DNA of 64,000 nucleotides, from NCBI GenBank assembly GCA_963664115.2, contig CAXWPJ010000009.1:864001-928000 (forward strand), written 5' to 3'. A program made the translations under genes and the position numbers. The notes below the pieces were generated by a model. It was not told the origin of the DNA, did no database searches, and saw only the letters and a list, made by a program, of their open reading frames with translations. The DNA comes from Terriglobia bacterium (GTDB taxonomy: Bacteria > Acidobacteriota > Terriglobia > 20CM-2-55-15). Positions 10,568 through 19,942 of this stretch are shown piece by piece; the first letter of the stretch is position 1, and each line of letters opens with the position of its first letter.

Positions 10568-10799
10568 GTGAGGTTCACTCGGTATTTTGAGTCGATGCGT
10601 ATGCGACCTGACCGCGCAACGATTCGAGTGGATTGAAGCAGTTGTCCAAAATCCGGTCAAGGAAACGATTCAATCGGATGGCCGTATCCGTCGTTGGGCA
10701 GCGATACCGGAAATGGAAGACCGGTATTTGCGCGTTATACTTCTGGAAGATGGTGAGACCGTTCACAACGCATTCTTCGATCGCACATTTCAGCCATGA
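10568..10799 (+). pseudogene. Small RelE/BrnT-like toxin, frameshifted
   Basis: GTG frame MRFTRYFESMRMRPDRATI shifts near 10625 into EWIEAVVQNP...DGRIRRW...YLRVILLEDGETVHNAFFDR; coupled to the next gene by ATGA. Confidence 0.7.
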
Positions 10800-10993
10800 A
10801 AGTTAAATACTTCAAAGACACGGACACGCTCTACATCGAGTTTCGCCCGGTTGATTCCGCAGAAACGCGAGACCTGGACGAGAACACTCTCCTGGAGATC
10901 GACCCGGAAGGAAAGATCTGCGGTATTACCATCGAGCATGCCAGCGAGCGAACCGATGTCCCGGAATTCTCGTTCGAAGAAATACCTGCCTGA
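10796..10993 (+). CDS. DUF2283-type antitoxin
   Basis: MKVKYFKDTDTLYIEF...LEID.EGKICGITIEHAS. Confidence 0.8.
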   Translation: MKVKYFKDTDTLYIEFRPVDSAETRDLDENTLLEIDPEGKICGITIEHASERTDVPEFSFEEIPA

Positions 10994-11024
10994 CAGCGTC
11001 CCCGATCAACCCCTCTGCGCCCAC

Positions 11025-11093
11025 GAGCACTACCTCGACACGGTAGGGTCATCGGTTCGAGCCCGGTCGCGCCCATTCTCACTCACAGATCAA
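11025..11093 (+). repeat. Duplicate of tRNA-Val 3' part plus downstream flank (att-like)
   Basis: Matches 10445-10513 except for one deleted G. Confidence 0.92.
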
Positions 11094-11192
11094 TATTCAT
11101 GCCGGTTCCTCTCCGAACCAGTTCCCGCGCAACCCAAATCACGTTGTTGCGCAATGCTTGCCCGATTAATTCGCTAGGGATAGTCTTTGAGT

Positions 11193-11372
11193 ATGACGAA
11201 GTCGGTGGTTTCAACTTCAAATGACGTGATGGGCGGGACTCCTGTGTTCACTGGAACCCGCGTTCCCGTGCAGACGGTTTTCGACTATCTGGAGGCTGGA
11301 GACACCATTGACGAGTTTCTGGACGGGTTTCCGAGCGTTTCCCGTGACCCGGTCGTTCGGTTCCTCAAATGA
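11193..11372 (+). pseudogene. DUF433 antitoxin, 3'-truncated (copy 1)
   Basis: VMGGTPVFTGTRVPVQTVFDYLEAGDTIDEFLDGFP; ends early relative to the copies at 14144 and 17274. Confidence 0.75.
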
Positions 11373-11406
11373 AACCACGATCACGTTTGTATAGGCAGGA
11401 GGTAGG

Positions 11407-11503
11407 AATTCGGGGACGGAGAACGAACTCAAATCGGTTTCCGCACAGTGGGACGACAGCCCAGGACGGGATGACCTTGAATCGGGTCTCCGTCCCCGAA
11501 CTT
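11407..11503. repeat. REP-like inverted repeat
   Basis: ttcggggacggaga ... tctccgtccccgaa. Confidence 0.65.
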
Positions 11504-11552
11504 CAGAACTGTAAGCTTTGATGGATCCGTCGCTCAGGTAAGCGGTCTACTG

Positions 11553-11975
11553 CTAATCCCCCCAGGGCTTCATCTTGGAGGCGTCGAGGCCGCCGAGCTT
11601 GTCAACCTTGGTCCGCACGATCAGTCGCGTTTCGTCTGGAACGCGGAACGGATACTCGTCCAGGTCCATGAACTTCTTGGCCAGCTTGTCGATGTGCGCG
11701 TCGGCACCCTCCTCGCTGATCGTCGCCGTACCATAAAAGACCACGTATGAGCGCTCATTGCTCGGGTCCTGCGCGCTGATAATGATGCGCGGGTCGTTGC
11801 GCAGGTTCCTGGGTTTGAGCCGACCCTCGGACGTGTTAAAAACGACGTCGTCTCCTTCGACATCCAGCCAGACCAGGGTCACTTGCGACCTGCCCTTCGG
11901 ACTATAGGTGGTGACGTGGCCGTGGGCCTTGTCATTCAGAATGTTCTTCACAGCTTCGGGCAAAGTAATCGACAT
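11553..11975 (-). CDS. PPOX-class (F420-dependent-like) oxidoreductase
   Basis: QVTLVW.D...FNTSEGRLKPRNLRNDPR...HIDKLAKKF..YP; AGGAGG SD before ATG 11975. Confidence 0.85.
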   Translation of the reverse strand: MSITLPEAVKNILNDKAHGHVTTYSPKGRSQVTLVWLDVEGDDVVFNTSEGRLKPRNLRNDPRIIISAQDPSNERSYVVFYGTATISEEGADAHIDKLAKKFMDLDEYPFRVPDETRLIVRTKVDKLGGLDASKMKPWGD

Positions 11976-12061
11976 ATCATTCCTCCTTGGAGCACCGAAA
12001 GTAACTCTAAGCTCCCTGTGCGTCAATAGCGGCTATTCGGAGTGGCGGAAATCTGGTGGGC

Positions 12062-12108
12062 CGAAAACCGGTTCATGCTCTCAGGGTCTGTCCCCAGAAT
12101 CACGACGG
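12062..12108 (-). repeat. Degenerate partial copy of the sigma54-regulator gene 3' end
   Basis: aaccggttcatgctctcagggtctgtccccagaatcacg resembles 17875-17913. Confidence 0.55.
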
Positions 12109-12114
12109 CTTACT

Positions 12115-12396
12115 TCAGACCAACTCCAAGCGCACCTCGCGGCCGATCACCGTGGCCGCTTTTTGCAGCGTGTTGAGCGTGACGGAATCGTTTTGAGGGT
12201 CTAGCAGGCGGTTGAGAGCCGCGCGGCTGGTGTGCATCCGGCGCGCCATTTCGGCCTTGGACAGGCCTTTCTCCTTCATCGCAGCTTCGACTTGGCGAGA
12301 GAGGACGCGTTTGATGGCAGTCGCGGCCACCTCTTCGTAGATTCCCTCTTCCCTCAACCAGCTATCGAAGGATGATCCGACGTTCTTTTTCTTCAT
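12115..12396 (-). CDS. XRE-family antitoxin
   Basis: GSSFDSWLREEGI...LSKAEMARRMHTSRAALNRLLDP. Confidence 0.88.
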   Translation of the reverse strand: MKKKNVGSSFDSWLREEGIYEEVAATAIKRVLSRQVEAAMKEKGLSKAEMARRMHTSRAALNRLLDPQNDSVTLNTLQKAATVIGREVRLELV

Positions 12397-12750
12397 GCAC
12401 CGCCTCCTTTCTCTTACGTCGGAGCGCCAGGTCCAGATCCCGCTTCGGGGTCTTCGCCGTCTTCTTGACGAAGCCGTGCAGTAGCACCATCACGCCGAGC
12501 TCTTCGGTGAAGATCACGCGGGCGATCCGGCCACCGGCGAGGCGGCTACGGACCTCCCAGAGCCCCTTGCCCAGAGCACGCACCAATGGCATGCCGATCG
12601 GCCAGGCAAATTCAACATCCTTGATGTCCTCACCGATGCGTTTGCGGTCATCCGGTACCAGTCTTTGCAGCCATTCCCGAACAGGTTCGCGGCTACTGAC
12701 TGTTGGAGCGGTAAAAACGGGCCGGTAAACGTTTGAGACCCGGGTTCAAA
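12362..12750 (-). pseudogene. RelE/Gp49-like toxin, frameshifted by a 4-bp duplication
   Basis: KRLPARFYRSNS [cagt cagt near 12696-12703] REPVREWL...WPIGMPLVRALGKGLWEVRS...LLHGFVKKT. Confidence 0.8.
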
Positions 12751-12755
12751 TGTAA

Positions 12756-12775
12756 GCGTATCAATTTTGATACGC
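12756..12775. promoter_or_regulatory. Palindromic TA operator
   Basis: gcgtatcaa-tt-ttgatacgc just upstream of the toxin. Confidence 0.55.
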
Positions 12776-12909
12776 CCCGTCAACGATTGCGGTCGGATGG
12801 TTGCAGCGTGTTGAGCGTGACGGAATCGTTTCGGGTGTCTAGCGGGCGCGCAGCAGTTCCCGGAACTTCTCAAAAGTTCTGGTCCATTCGAACCATCCCC
12901 GCAAAAGCA

Positions 12910-13977
12910 CTATTGCATGTAGCCGCGTTCCCGATAGTAGCGCGCTGCGCCCGGGTGCAGGGGGACTCCGAAAGCTCTCCAGACCGTGTGCGGATTATAG
13001 GAGTAACCGACGTTGACCCACTGCAGGAGATGCTGCTGTTCATCTATCGCTCGGGCCAGGGTATAGGCAAAATCATCGGGCATGTCATCCCGGCCGTAGA
13101 GCGCCGTTCCGGTGTGGGCCACGGCGGGAACCGGACGGTCCACTCCCCTGAACAGGCCGACGGGTATGGCTCTCTCCTCCAGATCGAACTCCTGTGCCAG
13201 TGTGGTCCGAAGGTCTTCGGGCAACTCCAGAAACCGGAGATCCAATTCCTGGTCCAGCTCAAGCCAGTCCGGGTAATGCCCCGATAGAGATCCAAAACCA
13301 ATCATGACGTCGAGAGTCTCGCCTGCTTCTGTGCTGTTTCCGGCGGGGCCTCCGAAAATTTCCACCGCTTCTTCACTCAGGCCGTAATAGTCCAGAACCG
13401 GAGGCGCGAAAGCCCGGCTTTGGTAATGCACGCGAACGCGAACGGGTGAGCCGTTTTCCTCGATCTGGCCGAGGTCTGTGATTCCCGAGTCGGCCTCCAC
13501 TGCGACCAGAAAGTAACTCGGTGTCTGGATGTTGGCGACCAGGCGCAAGCCCCTTCGCGGTCCCTCCGCATCGTCCGCATAATCATGGGTCCCCTCATAA
13601 GCCCACCAGAGGTAGTGCGGTCCCGTCGCGCCAAAATCCAGGGGCCCGTTCGGCGGCGGTGGTCGGTCACTCCCGGGCCGGGGTCTGGCTGGAACCTCTG
13701 CCCCCGCGACTAGCCGTGCTGCCCGCGCCGCACCCGCGCAACTGCGGCAAAGCTGAACATCCCAACCGTAGCCTGCCAGCGCTTCCCTGACCACCGTACC
13801 AATAGCGCCCCAACCCGAGGTCGGACCCGAGCCCCCGAACACCGGTTTCCTCGCCCCATAGCCCGTTTCGTCCGACCCCGTCTGTTGCATTGCCCCGGCC
13901 GGGACACTCGCGAGAAGCATCAGGGATGCCAATACAACCAGGGTCGTACAAACGGCGCTCAAACGCAGTGAACGCAT
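12910..13977 (-). CDS. TAXI-family TRAP solute-binding protein (orphan)
   Basis: Signal peptide; ADSGITDL, DDMPDDFAYTLARA, VPLHPGAARYYRERG. Confidence 0.8.
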   Translation of the reverse strand: MRSLRLSAVCTTLVVLASLMLLASVPAGAMQQTGSDETGYGARKPVFGGSGPTSGWGAIGTVVREALAGYGWDVQLCRSCAGAARAARLVAGAEVPARPRPGSDRPPPPNGPLDFGATGPHYLWWAYEGTHDYADDAEGPRRGLRLVANIQTPSYFLVAVEADSGITDLGQIEENGSPVRVRVHYQSRAFAPPVLDYYGLSEEAVEIFGGPAGNSTEAGETLDVMIGFGSLSGHYPDWLELDQELDLRFLELPEDLRTTLAQEFDLEERAIPVGLFRGVDRPVPAVAHTGTALYGRDDMPDDFAYTLARAIDEQQHLLQWVNVGYSYNPHTVWRAFGVPLHPGAARYYRERGYMQ

Positions 13978-14143
13978 AAGGTCCCCCTCCAATTCCAAAG
14001 TAAATGACGCACCGTGGAAGCTGGCATTGTAATTGTTTCTGGGAATGATCGGCCACCGATTCCTGTGGTTTCGGGGTCATGCAGTCCAGAATTTATGTTC
14101 CACGATGCTTGCCCGATTGAGTCGCTGGGCATAGTCTTTGGTT

Positions 14144-14353
14144 ATGATTCAGGCTATCGTCTCGACTTCGGATGACGTGATGGGCGGGACGCCTGTATTC
14201 AGGGGAACCCGCGTTCCCGTGCAGACGCTTTTTGACTATCTGGAGGCCGGAGACACCATTGACGACTTTCTGGATGGATTTCCGAACGTTTCCCGCGACC
14301 AGATTGTTGCATTTCTCGAAGCCGCCCGTGTCCGGATTCTTCCGAATTCTTGA
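14144..14353 (+). CDS. DUF433 antitoxin (copy 2)
   Basis: Near-identical to 17274-17483. Confidence 0.85.
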   Translation: MIQAIVSTSDDVMGGTPVFRGTRVPVQTLFDYLEAGDTIDDFLDGFPNVSRDQIVAFLEAARVRILPNS

Positions 14354-14362
14354 TGAAGTGAA

Positions 14363-14416
14363 GTGAAACTACTTCTCGACGAGTGCGTCGATCATCGTCT
14401 CGCCAGGGAAGACTGA
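14363..14416 (+). pseudogene. DUF5615 PIN toxin stub
   Basis: MKLLLDECVDHRLA is identical to the start of 17493, then a stop follows. Confidence 0.75.
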
Positions 14417-14763
14417 TTTCCACCTGCAAACTCCAGAACCCTCTCGGCAATTTCACGCTGAGTCTGGGGTTCGGCCCTCCAGTAGTCTGGCCGACGTTTC
14501 AGGTGAGCGATCGCTACCACGACGATCGCGTCCTCTGAAAGACGGTATACGACTTGATACGGGAATCGTTCAACCAGCACGCGTCGCGTCCGGCGATTGG
14601 AAGGCGGTGTGCCTATTTCAGGTTGAGCTTGAATGAAAGCTGTTGCGGCAACGACGGCATCGAAGAATTCGCCACCTAGTCCGGGACGTTGCTCCTCGTA
14701 CCAGCGTACGGCAGCTGAAAATTATTCGCTGGCTGCTTTGAGGTTTCGTAGGGTCCGAGTCAA
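14392..14763 (-). pseudogene. ParE-family toxin with in-frame TAA
   Basis: MTRTLRNLKAASE*FSAAVRWYEEQRPGLGGEF...RRVLVERFPYQVVY...VAIAHLKRRPDYW; TAA at 14722-14724. Confidence 0.82.
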
Positions 14764-14996
14764 CGGCCAAGGATATCGGTCGCAATACGACGCTTGGCGT
14801 TCTCCCAGGATTCCAGCCGCTCAGTGCCCGCCTCAAGTGCGTTCACTCGTCGCTCGATCTCCTCGGCCCATGCAGTCGCAGCATCCGGGTCAGAAGGGCC
14901 ATCCAGGCTCGCGAGCAACTGGGCTGCAAGTTCGGCGCGAGCTCTTTCATCCAACCGAAGGGCATCGGCAAGGAGGGATTCAGTGGCCTGCGTCAT
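14760..14996 (-). CDS. Addiction-module antitoxin
   Basis: ALRLDERARAELAAQLLASLD...AWAEEIERR. Confidence 0.85.
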   Translation of the reverse strand: MTQATESLLADALRLDERARAELAAQLLASLDGPSDPDAATAWAEEIERRVNALEAGTERLESWENAKRRIATDILGR

Positions 14997-15066
14997 TGCC
15001 CTATTTTACGCCGCCTTCCCGCGCCCAACAAGGATTGACGATCCCAGGCTTTCGAAACTCAACCGC

Positions 15067-15133
15067 ACTACATATCCAACCTGTCCAAAAACCGGTTCAT
15101 GCTCTTAGGGTAGATGCCCGCACATACAGAACA
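15067..15133 (-). repeat. Copy of the sigma54-regulator gene 3' end
   Basis: actacatatccaacctgtccaaaaaccggttcatgctctt matches 17852-17891 and 15862-15928. Confidence 0.85.
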
Positions 15134-15142
15134 ATTGGACTG

Positions 15143-15160
15143 TATGTCATATGTGACATA
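15143..15160. promoter_or_regulatory. Palindromic TA operator
   Basis: tatgtca-tatg-tgacata. Confidence 0.55.
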
Positions 15161-15173
15161 TACTGTTTTCTGG

Positions 15174-15486
15174 ACGAGCCCGACCGACAAGCCACTTGTA
15201 TGGCTGCATGGTGAGGTCAAAAGCCCGCATCGAAGTTGGATACCTCCTTCGGAAACTTCAACGAGGTGATCGTCTGTCGATGCCCAGATCGAGACCCATG
15301 CCTGTCATCGGATCCCGATGCCACGAATTGCGCGTTCAGGATGAAAGTGAAACGTGGTGATTCCTGTACCGGACCGACCCGGACGCGATAGTAATCGTGG
15401 AAGTATTCAGCAAGAAGACGGGACAAACACCTAAGAAAATTATAGAAGTGTGCCGTCAGCGTCTGAAGGATTACGACAATGCGTGA
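15174..15486 (+). pseudogene. RelE/Gp49-like toxin with lost start, frameshift and TGA
   Basis: ACG-SPTDKPLVWLHGEVK, shift near 15220, ARIEVGYLLRKLQRG..SMPRSRPMPVIGSRCHELRVQDESETW*FLYR (TGA 15358-15360). Confidence 0.82.
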
Positions 15487-15811
15487 ATCAAAAAAGAAAC
15501 GTTTAGCGGCAAAAGGGTGGCGAACGGGAACCACTGACGCATTTCTTGAGCTGAGCTCTGAGGAGTCTGCTTACATTGAGCTAAAGCTCAACTTGAGCGC
15601 CCAGCTTAAGAAGCAGCGCAAGCGAAAACAACTGACCCAGCTCAAGGCGGCCCAGCTCCTGGGGTCGAGCCAGTCTCGGGTAGCCAAGATGGAAGCAGGT
15701 GATCCGTCTGTATCGATTGACCTGCTCATCCGCTCTCTGCTTGCTCTGGGTGCGACTTCAAAAGAACTTGGAAGAATCGTCGGCTCTCCCCAGAAGTCGT
15801 TAGCGAGCTAG
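15479..15811 (+). CDS. XRE HTH antitoxin
   Basis: LTQLKAAQLLGSSQSRVAKMEAGDPSVSIDLL. Confidence 0.88.
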   Translation: MRESKKKRLAAKGWRTGTTDAFLELSSEESAYIELKLNLSAQLKKQRKRKQLTQLKAAQLLGSSQSRVAKMEAGDPSVSIDLLIRSLLALGATSKELGRIVGSPQKSLAS

Positions 15812-15861
15812 AGCAGACGGGGCTTGCTTCGAAAATGCTTCGGACGCGCGGAGCAGGCAAG

Positions 15862-15928
15862 ACTACATATCCAACCTCTCCAAAAGCCGGTTCATGCTCT
15901 TAGGGTAGATGCCCGCACATGCAGAACA
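15862..15928 (-). repeat. Copy of the sigma54-regulator gene 3' end
   Basis: About 67 bp nearly identical to 15067-15133. Confidence 0.85.
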
Positions 15929-15969
15929 TCGATACGCCGACTGTCGATGAGTGTCGGGGGCCTACGGGC

Positions 15970-16560
15970 CTACGGGCCTACCAGCGATAGAAGCGGTAAC
16001 AAATCACCGCCGTCAGCGGCCCTCAGGGCGGCAATGTATTGTGCGCGACGATCCCCGATGGACTGAAGGTCATGGCCTGCGGTCCAGTCTATTGGGGCGT
16101 GCCTGAAGCGCTCTTTGAGATAGACATTGGCAGCAATCCGGGCATGGCGTCCGTTGCCGTTTGGAAATAGGTGAATTTGCACCATGCGGTGATGGAAGCG
16201 AACAGCGGCTTCCAAGGGCGGGTACGTGTCGTTTTCGGACCAGTAACGGGCGTCGTCCAGGAGCATTCGAAGCTGAACGGCGATCTGTTCCGGCTCGACG
16301 CCAATGGTCTTTTCGGTAAGCCTGTAGGTGCCGGCCCAATTCCAAACCTGCCCGAAAAGGCGACGATGCAATTCGCGCACAAACGGCTCCTCTAGAATGT
16401 CCGTATTGGAGCGCTCCAGCCAGGCTAAGCCGTCCTGAATGTTCGACTGTTCCAGCTGGTCCAGTTCGCCACGGATAGTGACGTGCTTGAACTTCAGTCC
16501 TTCAAATTCGTCGGGATCAACGGGTGTTGCCCCGTCGGGCTCGTCACTGATCGGCATCAC
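15970..16560 (-). CDS. Fic-domain protein (mobile mystery protein B)
   Basis: Fic motif IHLFPNGNGRHAR; N-terminal DGATPVDPDE. Confidence 0.88.
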   Translation of the reverse strand: MMPISDEPDGATPVDPDEFEGLKFKHVTIRGELDQLEQSNIQDGLAWLERSNTDILEEPFVRELHRRLFGQVWNWAGTYRLTEKTIGVEPEQIAVQLRMLLDDARYWSENDTYPPLEAAVRFHHRMVQIHLFPNGNGRHARIAANVYLKERFRHAPIDWTAGHDLQSIGDRRAQYIAALRAADGGDLLPLLSLVGP

Positions 16561-17027
16561 CTATCAACCCAGAGATCGGACGGCATGGCCCGTGTCATTT
16601 CCCGGGCGATGCGTTCGATTTCATCCATGTTTTGCAATTCGGACAAAGACTGGCCTTCTAGCGCCATTTGGTTGCTGGCCTGGGTGACAAGCGCCTTGGC
16701 CTTTCTTCGCGCCTGGGCGGCAATGACTTCTTCGATCTCGCCTTTCGGCACGACCGAGTATACAAATCGGCAGCCCATGGCCTCGGCCACGGCGTGCATT
16801 GTTCTCAGCGTGACTCCGCCACCAGTTTCGGCCCTCTCTGCCTGGGAAACACGTGCGCGCGTGACGCCAAGCCGTTTCGCGAGTTGGGCCCCGGACATGC
16901 CGAGTGCCTTGCGAACGGTCGCTATCCAGCCCTCAGGGGGCACACTTGTCCCTTGCAGGCCGAACTGGCGAGCTGTGCGATTGACGATTGCCCGATACTG
17001 GCTGGCTGCGGTGGCTCTAACGCTCAT
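16557..17027 (-). CDS. XRE HTH protein (mobile mystery protein A)
   Basis: PPEGWIATVRKALGMSGAQLAKRLGV...MALEGQ..LW. Confidence 0.88.
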   Translation of the reverse strand: MSVRATAASQYRAIVNRTARQFGLQGTSVPPEGWIATVRKALGMSGAQLAKRLGVTRARVSQAERAETGGGVTLRTMHAVAEAMGCRFVYSVVPKGEIEEVIAAQARRKAKALVTQASNQMALEGQSLSELQNMDEIERIAREMTRAMPSDLWVDR

Positions 17028-17273
17028 TGTGTTAACCTTTTATGCAAATGAAATGCAATATCTGTATACATATATATATACGTATCAGAACTATATGTAA
17101 ATATAACTATTAACATAATAGCTAACATCGTCAATATATAACTAAACATATCTGGTGTGCGTCTCGTACAGCCTGCTGAAGCTAGAGGTCTGGGCGCGGG
17201 ACGCGGTCACGCGGTCCACATATAATGTTCCACGATGCTTGCCCGATTAAGTCGCACGGCGTAGTCTTTGGAT

Positions 17274-17483
17274 ATGACCGAGTCGATCGTCTCAACTTCG
17301 GATGACGTGATGGGCGGAACGCCTGTATTCAGGGGGACCCGCGTCCCCGTGCAGACGCTTTTTGACTATCTGGAGGCGGGAGACAGCATTGACGAGTTTC
17401 TGGACGGATTCCCGAGCGTTTCCCGCGACCAGATTGTTGCATTTCTCGAAGCCGCCCGTGTCCGGATTCTTCCGAATTCTTGA
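17274..17483 (+). CDS. DUF433 antitoxin (copy 3)
   Basis: MGGTPVFRGTRVPVQTLFDYL. Confidence 0.87.
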   Translation: MTESIVSTSDDVMGGTPVFRGTRVPVQTLFDYLEAGDSIDEFLDGFPSVSRDQIVAFLEAARVRILPNS

Positions 17484-17492
17484 TGAAGTGAA

Positions 17493-17813
17493 GTGAAACT
17501 ACTTCTCGACGAGTGCGTCGATCATCGCCTCGCCAAAGACAGCGTTGGTCACGAGACTCGAACCGTCAATCAAATGGGCTGGAGTGGTACCGAAAACGGA
17601 GCCCTTCTCACTCTGGCAGCCGCCGAGTTTGATGGGTTCATCACGACTGATCGCAATCTTGCCTTTCAGCAAAACATTCAGCAGTTTAAAATTGGTGTCA
17701 TCGTTCTGGAAGCTCGGAGCAATCGCCTGGATGAACTTCGGCGCTTAGTTCCAGCACTTCTCGAGGCGCTAGGGCTCCTCCGCGCCGGTGAAACCCGTAA
17801 GCTTGACCTCTAA
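17493..17813 (+). CDS. DUF5615 PIN-like toxin, intact
   Basis: MKLLLDEC...GWSG..NG.LL...FITTDRNL.FQQN. Confidence 0.85.
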   Translation: MKLLLDECVDHRLAKDSVGHETRTVNQMGWSGTENGALLTLAAAEFDGFITTDRNLAFQQNIQQFKIGVIVLEARSNRLDELRRLVPALLEALGLLRAGETRKLDL

Positions 17814-17852
17814 CAAATCCTTGAGGTCCTAAGCTGAGCTTGGCGAACACCA

Positions 17853-18842
17853 CTACATATCCAACCTCTCCAGCAACCGGCTCATGCTCTTCGGATGGAT
17901 TCCCAGAATGACGGCGGCTTGTTTCCGGTTGCCGTCGGTCAGCTCCAGGACGTTTTCGACGAACTCCCGCTTGGTCGCCAACACGACTTCCTCTAGTGTT
18001 TGGGGCAGATTGGGAGCACGGTCCGAAGCTTCGGAATCACCGCGTGATGGCGCCTTCAAATACTCCGGCAAATCTTCAACACCAATAGTCTCCGAAGACC
18101 CCAGGACCATCGCCTGCTCGATCGCGTTGCCGAGTTGCCGGACGTTCCCGGGCCAGTCGTAGCGCGCGAGAAAAACGCCGGCCTCAGGGGAAATCTCACG
18201 AGGCCGCACGCCGCACTCCCGCGCATACTTCTCAACAAAATGCCGCGCCAACACGGGAATGTCTTCTCTCCGCTCCCTCAGCGGCGGCGTCTCAACGTAA
18301 AGGACGTTCAACCGATAGTAGAGGTCTTCGCGAAACTCACCGGCGCCGACGGCCACTTCAAGATCGCGGTTGGTCGCGGCCACCAGACGGATATCCACCG
18401 GGACAGGCCGACGCCCACCAACCCTGTCGATTTCACGTTCCTGCAAGGCACGGAGTAGCTTGGCTTGAATGCGAGCGCCCAGTTCCCCGACTTCATCCAG
18501 AAACAATGTCCCGCCCGAGGCCAGCTCGAACTTCCCCTGCTTTTGCCGATCGGCTCCGGTAAAGGCGCCGCGCTCGTGACCAAAGAGCTCGCTTTCGAGC
18601 AAATCTTCAGATAACGCCGCGCAATTGACGGCCACGAACGGGCCGCCCCGACGCCGGCTATTACCATGCAGCGCCCGCGCCACCAGTTCCTTTCCGGTGC
18701 CGCTTTCCCCCGCTACGAGGACCGTGGAGTTTGTGCGAGCGGTCCGGGCTATAAATTCCACCAGGCGACGCATAGGACGGCTGTCGCCCACCATGTCGTG
18801 GTCGATGGCAATGCCCGCACCCAAAGCGGAACCTCTGCTCAC
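17853..18842 (-). CDS. Sigma54-dependent activator (AAA+ and Fis HTH) with no N-terminal sensor domain
   Basis: [38 protein letters not shown]. Confidence 0.92.
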   Translation of the reverse strand: MSRGSALGAGIAIDHDMVGDSRPMRRLVEFIARTARTNSTVLVAGESGTGKELVARALHGNSRRRGGPFVAVNCAALSEDLLESELFGHERGAFTGADRQKQGKFELASGGTLFLDEVGELGARIQAKLLRALQEREIDRVGGRRPVPVDIRLVAATNRDLEVAVGAGEFREDLYYRLNVLYVETPPLRERREDIPVLARHFVEKYARECGVRPREISPEAGVFLARYDWPGNVRQLGNAIEQAMVLGSSETIGVEDLPEYLKAPSRGDSEASDRAPNLPQTLEEVVLATKREFVENVLELTDGNRKQAAVILGIHPKSMSRLLERLDM

Positions 18843-19942
18843 TCCCTCCGCTCTCTCCTTCCACGGGCGTCATCCGCAGAAAGCACATCAATGGCCACGT
18901 CGATCCCCCGCCGCGTCTTCAGGTTGATCTCACGGATCGCCCGCCACAACACCAGCAACAGGACGAATGCCGCCAGGTTGATCCACACCTGCACCCAGTC
19001 CACCCCGGAGGCCAGAGGGTCACGCGACACCCAGCGCCAGAGGGCGATCAGAAAGGGCACGGCGACTGAGGCAAAAGAAAGATCCACAAAAGCGGCGGCC
19101 CAGGACACGCGCCCGGCCTCACGACCGTCCCATCCGAAAAGCCGCGCACGTCTCACCGTCAGTGCGTCTTTATATGAATCCGGGTCCAGGCTCAGCAGGG
19201 CCGGCCGGTGCCCCTTACCCAATGGGATATCGCCCCTGGCCCGAAACGCATAAGCAAAGCTGAACGCGGTCAGCGGCAACAGGGTCAGGAAGAAGTCCCG
19301 TCCCCCACCCCCGGCCGGGACCGCTTCCAGATTGCTCCAGATCAAGGTCATCCCGGCCATCATCCACAGCAGGTTCAAGCGCCATGTGGCCTCATACCGC
19401 TCATCTAACCGGACACGCCTGGCGTCGTTTGGGGGTTTCAATCGGAAGGCCATGCGCCACCCCGATACCATCGCCATACCGATCAGCGTCCCCCGCAGCA
19501 TCACCGGTCCCTCCATCACCATGGTGGGCGCGATAATTGCCATAAATGTCTGGGCAAGAACAAGGAACGTCGCTCCGGCAACGGCATCGGAGACGGCTTC
19601 GCGCGCGGTTCCCCGTGCCGGATGGATATAGGCATCCCGCGCCAGAAGTGCGGTGAGTGTGGTCAACAGGACAATCGCCACCGGCAGGAGCGGTGCCCCG
19701 GCAAAGGCGACATAGAGAAGGGCAACTTCCCCCGCAATCAACCGGACGTCGAAACAGTCCAGCATCCGCCCGCGCAGGCTGCCCGCGATCGTGGACGCAG
19801 CAAACCACAGGTATTGCCACCCACCCAGAGACTGCTCTCGCAGATCCCCTGCGATGAGGTCCCGATGTGCGGATGGAATCAGGACTTCGACCAGACGGAC
19901 CAGCCATTCAGGCGGCCCTACTTTGCGCGTTTGGGTCTCCAT
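18839..19942 (-). CDS. Multi-TM membrane protein (PadR partner)
   Basis: PPEWL.RL.....IAGDLRE prefix; about 8 hydrophobic segments; overlaps PadR. Confidence 0.7.
   Translation of the reverse strand: METQTRKVGPPEWLVRLVEVLIPSAHRDLIAGDLREQSLGGWQYLWFAASTIAGSLRGRMLDCFDVRLIAGEVALLYVAFAGAPLLPVAIVLLTTLTALLARDAYIHPARGTAREAVSDAVAGATFLVLAQTFMAIIAPTMVMEGPVMLRGTLIGMAMVSGWRMAFRLKPPNDARRVRLDERYEATWRLNLLWMMAGMTLIWSNLEAVPAGGGGRDFFLTLLPLTAFSFAYAFRARGDIPLGKGHRPALLSLDPDSYKDALTVRRARLFGWDGREAGRVSWAAAFVDLSFASVAVPFLIALWRWVSRDPLASGVDWVQVWINLAAFVLLLVLWRAIREINLKTRRGIDVAIDVLSADDARGRRERRE

Noticed and set aside
17030-17150. AT-rich (TA)n tract as a replication origin
   Set aside because: No iterons or rep gene; better explained as the promoter/operator of the mobile mystery pair.
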